Shown one piece after another: positions 16,535-27,200 of a stretch of DNA of 64,000 nucleotides. This DNA comes from Thalia democratica (lineage: Eukaryota), in the NCBI GenBank assembly GCA_965202585.1, contig OZ241826.1, forward strand, positions 29,388,001 to 29,452,000, written 5' to 3'. The notes beneath the pieces are model-generated. The model did not search any database, was not told the DNA's origin, and was given only the letters and a program-made list of their open reading frames with translations. Every line of letters begins with the position of its first letter. The first letter of the stretch is position 1. A program made the position numbers and the translations under genes.

Positions 16535-17027
16535 ACTTTTGCACGAGCGTCACTTGCGCACGAGGACTATTTTGCAAGAGTGGACAATCTGCGAGGCGAC
16601 TGTTATGCACGAGGGACACTTTTGCTTGGAAACTATTTTTCACGCAAAGTCATTTGTGTACGACAACACTATGCATTATATATAACACTTATGCATTACG
16701 GCTAATTTTTGCTCAGCGATAGTTTTGCACGGCGTAAATCAGATATTAGAAAGAAAAATTTAAAGATTTAAACCAAGGATATAATTTTAAACTAAAATAT
16801 TCTAGACACTAAAATAAAGAATATACTGAAAGTGTAAGCATTTTTTACAACTATGGTTTTAAATAATTTTTTGTTTTTTAGAACTTTATTTTACCGTTTA
16901 TTGTAAAAAAATTTACGTATAAATGCGTTTTTTATTTAAACTAATAAAAATTAAGTTTTGTACTTATTTTATCTAGTTTTTTGCTTTAGAAATTAGAAGC
17001 GTGCAAAAGGGACGCTCGTGCAAAAGT
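16535..17027. mobile_element. MITE-like element of about 0.5 kb with inverted termini and internal TTTGCACG repeats
   Basis: ACTTTTGCACGAGCGTCACTTGCGCACG (16535-16562) is the near reverse complement of CGTGCAAAAGGGACGCTCGTGCAAAAGT (17000-17027). Further TTTGCAC(G) copies lie inside. No TSD was identified. Confidence 0.6.
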
Positions 17028-17407
17028 GAAGGTCCGTTTAAAATTGATCTTTTAACGCCATGTATATATATATATATATTCAAAAAGTTTTATTTAAAGA
17101 TGCAAAACTCGAAGGACTCGAGTTTCGTAACTATTCACTCATCAGCTTCAAAACAAGTTTAAGATAAAGCACAAAACAAAATCACTAATGAAAGTTAAAA
17201 ATTTTTGCATAAATAGGTTATGACGTAATTTTAAAACTATCGAAAATTATGCAAAACGGCTTGTGCAAAAATTAATATACCAATCGACAATAAACTAGCA
17301 AAAATTCATATAACCTCAGCGAGTAACTATATATTAGGACAGATAATTGAAAGAGATAAAGATAAAATTAAGATGCAAATTGAAATTTAGGTTATTTTAA
17401 GATGAAA

Positions 17408-17790
17408 TTAAAACTTGTTAAACTTTAAAAGCAACTTTTTTATATGTCTACAAGACGATACAAACTCGCTTCTTTTGTTTAGGCATCTCTTGTTTTTTAG
17501 TGCATATACAACGGCTGATGCTTCTTTGAGACACAGCCTACATATTGGGCTATTGCCGTCGGCTATAGGCTGTGCTCTTTTTATAACTATCCAGGATATT
17601 TCGAAGTCAATGCCGCTGCGCTTTAAGCCACAAACATACTTCGAAAATTCAGTGTCATTTTCATATATGCCGCCTTTAAAAGATTTTTTATGATTGGCAT
17701 ATCTGAATCTAAACTGAGTCGTGCACAAGCCAACATAGAACCTCGTCTAAACGCCAGAATTAACTGTGGCCTTGTAGACGATGTTCTCTC
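17408..17790 (-). mobile_element. Penelope-like element GIY-YIG endonuclease fragment (one in-frame stop)
   Basis: Minus-strand translation NIVYKATVNSGV*TRFYVGLCTTQFRFRYANHKKSF...EFSKYV..LK...FEISW...CRLCLKE...LNKRSEFVSSCRH is a typical PLE C-terminal GIY-YIG domain. Confidence 0.88.
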
Positions 17791-18434
17791 AACAAGTTTA
17801 AAATAAAGCACAAAACAAAATCACTAACATATAAAAAAGTCGCTTTTAAAGTTTAACAAGTATTAATTATAATGCATTTATTTCACTGCAGTTTTAAACA
17901 TATTAACCTAGAAAAGCAGCAAAGACTCAAAAAAAATAGCAAAACATTTTTTTTATCAAGGTTAAACGTTCTAAATCTGTTCAAAACATTTCTTCTTTAT
18001 TTTGTTCATAATTCTGTTTTATTTAGAAATGATGAAGTACATGAATACTTTATGTTCAATTTTTTATAAATATGTTTTTAGCGATTTTTAAAATTTTCGA
18101 GAAAATTTACTAAAACGACTGCGGATTATACAAAAGTTTTAACATCACTCAAGGTTTTCTTGAAAGTAGTATTGTACTACTTTCGAATTAAAAAACCAAA
18201 ATTAAGATTATTAAATAGTTTTTTAAGAGTCCTTGCTTGCTTTGTCAAAAATACTTTGTGCCAATGTATTGAAGTTACTTTTGTAAATAAACAATTTTAT
18301 TCATAAATATTTTTTATTACTTCCTTAAAGTTAATAAAGGTTCATTAACTATTGCTACATATATAACAAGGTACATAAATGTTAAATGTTAAATGTTATA
18401 CAGTACATAAATAACAATAAAGTACACAAGTTAC

Positions 18435-20439
18435 CTGAGGTAGTCTGGGTACACTTGCATAAACTATAGGAATGAGAGCGATCAATTGATGATTATAACC
18501 AAAAGAATTCCGCAATTCTCTAAGGTATTTGATAAGAGCAGAATAGTATGCTGATGCTAAATTTAAACTGTTTTGACCAAAATAAATAGTAGGTCTTCTA
18601 GTAGAATGGTTGTGACCAGAAAAGTTAGTACTGAATCCAAAGTTATGGTTTAGATTAATAGAACTAGTTTGTGCTCTAATGTTATAGATCTGAGAAGAAA
18701 AATCACCAGGTCTTCTAGTAGAATTATTCTGAGCCGAGGAGTTAGTAGATGGTGAAAAGTTATTGCTATTGTTTTGACCAGAAGAATTAGTATGTCTTCT
18801 AGTAGAATTGTTTTGACCAGAAGAGTTAGTAGAAGAACTAAGGATTGTGTTTAGATTAATAGCATTAGTAGGTGCTCTAATGTTATCGTTCTGAGCCGAA
18901 TAATCACCAGGTCTTCTAGTAGAATTATTCTGAGCCGAGGAGTTAGTAGATGGTGAAGAGTTATTGCTATTATTTTGACCAGAAGAATTAGTATGTCTAC
19001 AAATAGAATTGTTCTGAGCAGAAGGGTTAGTACCGAATTCAAAGATACTGTTTAGACTAATAGAACTAGTCTGTGCTCTAACTTTATCGATCTAAGCAGA
19101 TAAATAATTCGATCTAGTAGGATTGTTATGAGTGAAAAGATCAAGAGGTCTACTAGTAGAATCGTTTTGAGTGGAAAGATCTAGAGGTTAACTAGCAGAA
19201 ATTTCAATTTGACAATTGAAACCATTATTCGCTGTAGTATTAGCTGTTTGAGCTACTCCAAACGTTTGAGTACTTAAAACAGACTGTACACTAGTAAATT
19301 CTTCAGCATTATTCCTTTCCATCTCATCATTAGACTGTGTCAAGTCGATTGGTTGTTCTTTCTTTTCATTTTCCTTCTGCGTATGGTTAATGATATCATC
19401 GGCTCTTACATTTCCATTGCTGGACGTTCCTTCCTGAAATATTTTGATTTAAGACTTAGTTTGTGGCAAAAGTAATAACTTTCATTAATGAGCTTTATCA
19501 AAACAAGTAGTAATTATAAAGTAAAGAAATTCATCATAACACATTATATTACTTAAATCTAAGATGCTTATTAGTAACACTTAATAGTTGTTGAAAAACT
19601 GATATATCAAAAATATACATATTTTTGTATCAAAAAAACAAAAATTTCATTTCTTTAAGGAAATGTAAAAATTATTTAAAAAGATAAAAAAGGTACAGTT
19701 TGACCTAAGACATAATGTAAAGCAGCTTAATAGACTTAATTTAACAAAACTGCTTCTCAACATTTAAAACTTATGATGTTATTGGTTTTTAAGCTATTGT
19801 ACTTTGTATACTTATTTAGTACTGCAAAATCAACAATTTTCAATTAAAGAAGATAATCCTTTGTAATAACTTTCAAAAAAAAAAAGAAAAAAAAATATTA
19901 AGTGTAAAATGGATTAGGAATAATACAAAATTTACAATCAATTTTTTTATTGCTAGGTTTTTATTTTACTTAACTTAAAAATTACGTATTAAGAATATTT
20001 TTATAAAATATAAGAAATAATAATACTTTATTAAAAACATTACAAACAAGACATTTTACTTACTCTTTGTCAAATATTACATTTAAAATAAATAAGTGTT
20101 GAAATTTATGTACATCAATAAAAATAAAAAAAAACAACATCAGAATTTTAGAGTAATATACAAAAGGGTAAAGTAAAAGGTGCACGAACTCTATATTTGA
20201 ATCTTTAATAGTATAAACTGTTATTGTTAATTAAATTCTTTTTTCTGTGTTGTGTCTACTTTAAACTTTATGAATTGTCTTTTGCTATAATCCAAGCTAA
20301 AAACTGTTTTATTATAATTAAAGTTAATCTGTAAATTGCAAAAAAACAGACAACATACACATTATATATAGAAGAAAATTAAAAACTTTATCTGTACATT
20401 ATTAGACGTAGAAACATTATTTAACACCTTTTTATCCAT
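18435..20439 (-). pseudogene. Paralog alpha-1 of the SIM/repeat/RING family: start exon 20392-20439 and repeat exon 18435-19433; downstream exons not found
   Basis: The 48-nt exon MDKKVLNNVSTSNNVQ has its donor changed to AT. The 999-nt exon is homologous to the beta repeat exon (PIDLTQSN..., ends CAG|gt) and has in-frame stops at 19188-19190 and 19092-19094. Confidence 0.8.
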
Positions 20440-22174
20440 TTTATCTGCAAAAATACTTTATTTTGTTATCTGCAAAATAACTGAACAAAATATTACTTTT
20501 GCTATATAATATTTGTAAACTAACAACCGTTTAAAAAAATAGTAAAAGTAAATATACTTAAAGTTGCAAAAATGATTTTTAAAATTTTAAACATCTTGCA
20601 AGGATGAATGAAAGCTTTTTTAGGTAAACAAAGTACAAAGTTTACTAGAACTAATTAAACTACACTAGGTAGAGTTAAAAAACGAGTTATAAAATTAGAC
20701 TAGTAACTACTAAAGTATACAGTGTTTTGCTGTAATTATTTGAAGTAATACAAAGATAACTATTAAATAAAAACAGTTACAAACTGTTATTGTGTTAAAT
20801 GAACCTTTTCAAATACTAATACAAATTTTGATAGAAAGTATTTTTAAATTTTATAATGATGTGTGTTCAGGTTAAAAAAAAGAAAACCATGTTAAATTTA
20901 TTACATACAGTTTATATTACTGTACTAAAATTCATTCTTAAATAGATGATTTAATTTGAGCCTCAACTTTTAACTTCTGTTAAAAAAGTTTAATATCTTA
21001 TTTATCTAGGACATAATGTGATGGTTTTAGCCCTGACACATCTAAAGTATCTTAAAATTTGTCTGCATCATTACATAGCATTCGATTTCAGTAATATGCT
21101 AAGAAAAAAATTAAATGATCCTATAGATAAGTCACAGTTAAAAAGTTAAACAACCATGATTAACTTTTTGTTGGTTTTTTTATTCAAGCTATATTATTTG
21201 AAAACCATTCTGCTTTGAAAATTTAAGTATTTGTTTTACACTTAAAAATAATGTATTTTAAGTTTATAAATACATTTAAATTATAAAGTCAGTATATAAA
21301 ACTAGTCTGCAAGAAACTTTAAACTAACAATTGTAATGGATGTATGTACCTTTATTTTTACAACAAACGATTGAATTAATTATACTTTAATTAGTGTTAA
21401 CTAATATAATGCATATTAAATATTCAAAACACAATAGTTTAAGTATATAAAACTGAAAGAAGCTGATCACGAAAACAAAGCCTTCAAACTATCTGGATCC
21501 GGATCCGGCTTAATTTCAGGAAGTTGGGTCTAAATATATATATAAACCCTTACTTACTATTTTCAACAAAATATTAAAATAGTAAACACCAGTTAATAAT
21601 CTCAACCTTGGTCATTTTAAAAACTACTTAAAAAGATCAAAATTATTGATCTACCAGATCTAAAATCCGGATTGGGATCTTGTAACTTTTTGCTTGAATC
21701 CAGATTTGACCGAAATTTAATTTTTATAAAAGATTCAGATTCAGCCAGGTCCTAAATTTAAAAAAGTTATGGGTCCAGTTAAATTAAAAATAAATTGTTT
21801 CCCCCAATAAGAGATTTATTTACTTAGGTTATTATGTTTTTGATATTTGATATATATGAAATTAGTCAAGCGAGCCAGAATAATTAAAGTTTAGTTAGTT
21901 CAATCATTTGTTGTAAATATTGTAGTTCATACTTCCATTAAAGTAAAATATTGAATATTAGTTTAAAGTGTTTTGCAAATTAAGTTCTTATACTGACTAT
22001 ATAATATGTCTTCTTTAAAACTCAAAATATTGTGTTTTTTTAAATAAAACATGTACCGAAATTTTAATGTATTTTAAGTTGTTAAAAGTCATTAAATTAA
22101 AGTATTACTACAATGTTCTCATTTAAAATTATTAAATGATGAAACAGATAACAAGTACGGCTCATTTAACTTTT

Positions 22175-22358
22175 GGTTACTATAACATTAAGAGGCAGCG
22201 ATTGTTAAACAAATTTTTAAGTTTTTTGGTTTGTCATTTTACAAAATAATTCTTTTAAGCGGTGGTTTAGATCAAAAATAATATAAAGCAATAAAACTAT
22301 TTCTGTGAAAGATTTAAATTTTTTTGAATAACTGCTGACTCTTAAAGTTATAGTAACC
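22175..22358. mobile_element. MITE of about 190 bp (copy upstream of alpha-1)
   Basis: Termini GGTTACTATAACATTAAGAGGCAGC and TGCTGACTCTTAAAGTTATAGTAACC are inverted repeats. Same family as 33196-33391 and 54128-54317. Confidence 0.7.
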
Positions 22359-22639
22359 TAACTTTTGTAATACTTTACTTAATATATATATTTATAGTAC
22401 AAAAGAACAACTAGTTTTCGTATCGTTTACTTAATTTTAACTTTTTCAAGTATCTTTAGAACGGAACAAAGTACATAGCAAAAATGTAAATGATTCACAT
22501 AAAAATAAAATAGAATAGTTTTACTTAGCCTATTTTAAAAACAACTTATGTACAAGTCAACTTGTTTCTTGCTTTTTTTGTTCTTACTTTTTGTTTTATT
22601 TTATTGCTTTTTGTTGTTATTGTTAGTGGTTTTTTTTTA

Positions 22640-23055
22640 AATACATGTTTTGATTGTGTAGACAGGGTTATTGTCTTTCTTTTCTTTTATTTAATGATTT
22701 TTTTTTTAATTTTTTCGTTTTCGCACTTTTGTAAGTAACATAAATGGGTATGTAATTTTTGATTTTCGGTTATGTTTTAGTTCTGCTGAGTTATTCCCAT
22801 TTTAAATTATAGTCTTTATTTGCGTCTTTTAAGTCCCATATATAGTTTGATTATTCGGTATTATGTCTTTTTAATTTCTTAGTAAAACTTGTTTATGGTT
22901 GATATATCTGTTTTTAAATGTTGTACTAGTTTAGCCAACGTAAACTTTTGCTATATTGTCTCTTTTTATAGTAGCTCGGTAGATTAAATTTTTTATAGGC
23001 AGTTATTTTTTAATTGGCATTTTCTTTCCTGCAGTGGCAGTTTTTATCTTGCTGT
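22640..23055 (-). mobile_element. Second, heavily degraded Penelope-like GIY-YIG remnant
   Basis: Pieced minus-strand frames give CHCRK..CQLKNNCL, LIYRATIK...VYVG*TSTTFKNRYINHK, YIWDLKDANKDYNLKWE and SLNKRK. It abuts (TA)n at 23057. Confidence 0.7.
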
Positions 23056-24268
23056 TTATATATATATATATATATATATACATAAATAAAGTGTTTTCGT
23101 AAGGATAGTTTTTGTATTGAACGAGAATGGCAGCCATAATCTCAATTTATTAGAGAGTCTCATTGTTTTTTTAATTACTTTAAATCAGGGCTTATTAAAA
23201 AGTTTAGAAAAGATTGCTTAATGCTTATTTATTTATTTCTAAATTTAGCTATGTTGTAAAACGTTTATTATTGTTATTTCTAAGCAGTATTTATTTATCT
23301 TGATAATCAAAAAGTAGTTTAAATAACTGGAAATATGTTTTTTTTTAACTTAACAGGTTAATTATATGTATAAAAAATATTAATTTCATCACTTTAAGCC
23401 GTTCGGACATATGAATAACACTTTTTTTTACAAAAAGTAGTCACTGACTACAGCAAACTTAATCGAAGGTAAAAACAAAACTTAAGAAAATAGCTAATAG
23501 TTTTTTCTAACATACTTTTTTAATCAAAGTTTTCTTTTCAATCAAAATAGTTAATATTGTCCACGAAATTGTCATAAATAATAATGTTTTGTTAATTTAA
23601 AGCTCAATACATTACTAAACAAACATATAATTTTTTAATTAATTTTTATTTAAGTTTTAAATCAATGATGTTTTGGTTATTAATGACTGATATTGAGTAA
23701 ATAATGTTAAACTAAATCAAATATACTTAAACGGGTTTTAAGTTTATTTAAAGTATTTAAAGCATTTTATTTTACAGGTTGTTTTAAAAAATACTTTTAT
23801 AAATAGGACAACTTTAAGGCAAAATTTCTACAAACTAGATTTAATTCTTGCCTTTGCAGACGTAGAACAAATTATGTAAAAAACCAACACTATTCAATAC
23901 TTTGTTTAGATATAATACTTTACAATTTATTACTTTAAATAACTATGATACATGAACTGTTTTCTATTAACAAATAAAAATGCTGATTCTTTATTATTTT
24001 TTACTTTCATGTCATAACCTAATATAATAGCAATAACGTACAAAAATGTTACTGTTAAAGTACTTCTAAGATTATGACTTCTATGATCAATATGTAAAAG
24101 TTCTTAAATTGTTGTAAGTTTTCTATTTTGATATAATTAAACGACCCTAAATACTTGACAACTGCCAAATCTACATAAATTTCGCAGACTTTTAAACTTT
24201 GAAAAAGAAACACAATTTTCCAACTGTGCTGGTTTATTACTACAAAAAAAAAACAAAAAACGACCATT

Positions 24269-27200
24269 TTAGTCGCAAACAAACAAGTGTTTGCAGTTGG
24301 GGCACGTGTCGTGATCTTTAAACCACTTGGTGGCGCATTCGGTGCAGAAAACGTGTTTTCCGCTACAATCGAGCTCCATCAGATTGTTGCCCGGTTCGAA
24401 ATCACTCATACATATTGTGCACGTATTGCTCACATTCGACTGGTCTGCGGTGAACTTTCTGAACTTTTCCATTCTCGATTTTGTCAGACCTGTACAGATT
24501 TTTTAGATTTAGAATGTTTTGTAATCGTTTTAATTACTCTGTTAATGGTTAGTAGTTTACTTTACTTGATGTAAAGAAAGAGTTTAAATCGAAAAACTAA
24601 ATGTTTGGTACAAATTAAATCTAAATAAATACTTAGAAAAAACATTCATACTTTTAACTTAGTTAGAAGTCTTTATTTTTTTTAGTAAGCAATACGAAGA
24701 TAACGAAAAATTATTTTTATGTTCTTAACATTTACAAAAAAAAATACAAAAAAAAAGACTTTTGTTAAACAAAACCTTTAGATGGCAGTTCCCATACGTC
24801 ATTGTTGGGATCGAATAATTCATCATCGCTGAAATCATCAAAGAAGTCATCAATGAAGTCATCACCGTCGTCATCACCGACGTTATCACTGACGTCATCA
24901 TCGATATCATCAACAACGTCATTATGATAATGGTTAATGTTAACATTAAGTTGTATGTTAGGAACCTGACCACTACCGGCTTCATCGTAAATGTTAACAT
25001 TCACATCGAATTGCCCACCTTGGCTACTTCGACGAACCACTTGGCTTTGAACGTGACCGGCACTCACTGGAGTCTGATATGGGGCTGCCTGTAATTAAAG
25101 TTTTTAATGAGTTTAAAAAAATTATTAATTAATTACAAAATTATTTAAAATATGTTAGTCCTATTTTTAAACCTTACTGTGTTTTTTTTAGGCACCCAAA
25201 TCAATTTTACCTTTATTTAAACACAAAAATTCATCCAAAATAAAGTCAATACTGTTTATAAGCATCTATTGAGACTAAATAGCTGAATAATTCGTGTAAT
25301 GAAATAAAAAAACATTTACATTACTGTAGTTTTTTACGTTATAAACTAAAAAAACAGTTAAGATAAAATACCAAAAACCGAAACACTTTTTTAGTTAGGT
25401 AAAGCTTCCTTAATTTGTTGAAACCTTCCTTTACTTATTGTTTACATACTTTTATTAAACAAAATCGAAATAGCCTTTTGTTGGTAACCACGCTAGGAGT
25501 CCCTTTTACTTAATATATTTTATAAATAAAAAGTACTTACATATATTTAACAATTACTAACAAGTACTTACACAATTTCAAACTTACATAATTTTGAGCT
25601 TGTTGACCATCGTAGTTTGCGAATGGTGTTTGTAAACTCGGCTGTAAAATTTTAAAATGCATGATGAATATTTTACTTCAATTATAAGCAAAAACTATCG
25701 GTTTGTTTTAATGTCAAAACATAACTCAAGTTATTAAAAATATGATGATAAATTAAGAAAGCATTAAACAAAATTGCTTGGCATTATATAAATTTCCACT
25801 TTTATATTGATATATATTCAATGATAAACTTTTTTTTTACTAAAACCACGATTAGTTTATTAGTCTGATGTTTTAACAGATCCGATACTCTGACGGATCT
25901 GGCCTTGGCTTGACAAAGGTGTAATTGTATTTAAACTTGAAAAACTGATTTAAACCCAGTTCCGACTATAATGATCAAAAAAATTGGTACTAGCCAATTC
26001 TGGTTTGATCAAATTTGTGATAAAAATTCTGATCCAACTTATCATGTTTGAAAACTATCTAAACGAATTATCTTGTTTTGGGTTCAACTACAACAAGCTA
26101 CGACCATTTGAAAAAAAAATTATATCCTGAACGAATCTAATTTTTCTTTAATGTGTAGTTGGATCCGGATTTGGGCAAGCTATTGTTAGATCTATTGCTT
26201 AGATCCGTTATACCACTAATTACAATTTTTTTAATGTAAAAAACTAGTTAATTTAAATTAAACTAACTAAAATTATAAAAATGTAAATGTTATGCCTTTA
26301 CTATAATTTATTCAATTTTTTTTATGGACTTTCTAAATTTTTAATAAAAACTATGGATATTTGAGTATTCCTTTAATTTTAGTTTTTTTTTACTCTTTTA
26401 CGATAGTTTAAACTTTTATGTTCTTAAGTTCATATAAACCTTCCTTAATATCGAAGAGGTTTTTAGAAACTTAGGTATAATAAGTCTACTAAAAAAAAGC
26501 ATTTAATATTTAAAGGTTGAAAAACTGTTTTTCATACTACTTATATACAGAGTTGAAAAAAAAATTTGCCAAATTATTTCCGAGTTTTCATAATTTCCTC
26601 CAGGTTTTTTAGAAGTACACACTTTTGGGTCTATTTTTAGTTTAAAGTTAAGTTAAGGTAAGAAAATGTGTTAAATAGTTCATATAATATTAAAAAGATA
26701 CTCTAAAGCTACTTTAAATGTGTTTTTTTTAAATTTTATAAATATTTAAAATAGATTTTGTGAGTCAAATCGAAATTTACACACTAAACATGTTAAATTT
26801 GTTAAAAATTCCAGGTTTTTCCAGGTTTTTTAGCCTAAATAGTCAAATTTAAGGTTTTATTAAGGTGTTAAGGTTTCTTGGCAGCCTGTATATAAATTAA
26901 AAGTGTGTGTCTCAAAATACAAAAATACTTGACAATATTTATAATAAAATAATATAAATAAATACTCAATAATTATTGATTAACATTTAGCAAATTTGTA
27001 AATTTAAAAAATATATATACTTGAAAAAATACAGCCTATACAAAAGTTTTAACAAAACTATTGTCTCAAAAGTGATATGTATCACTTCCAAGTAAAAATA
27101 AAACGGCATGTAGTCTGTAAGGTGATTTTTTTAGGAGTCCTTGCTCGTGCAACAATAATACTTAGTGCTAATACATTCAGTTACTTTTATAATCAAATGT

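Noticed and set aside
24287-25000. ORFs 24287-24574 (+), 24725-25000 (-) and 47557-47964 (-)
   Set aside because: They are antisense or alternate frames of the RING and acidic exons.
25150-25290. Conserved block in the beta intron (also 48115-48240) as an extra coding exon
   Set aside because: All frames after the CAG acceptor hit stops. It could be an alternative terminal exon (LFSLNRCL*) or a poison exon, but there is no evidence without RNA.
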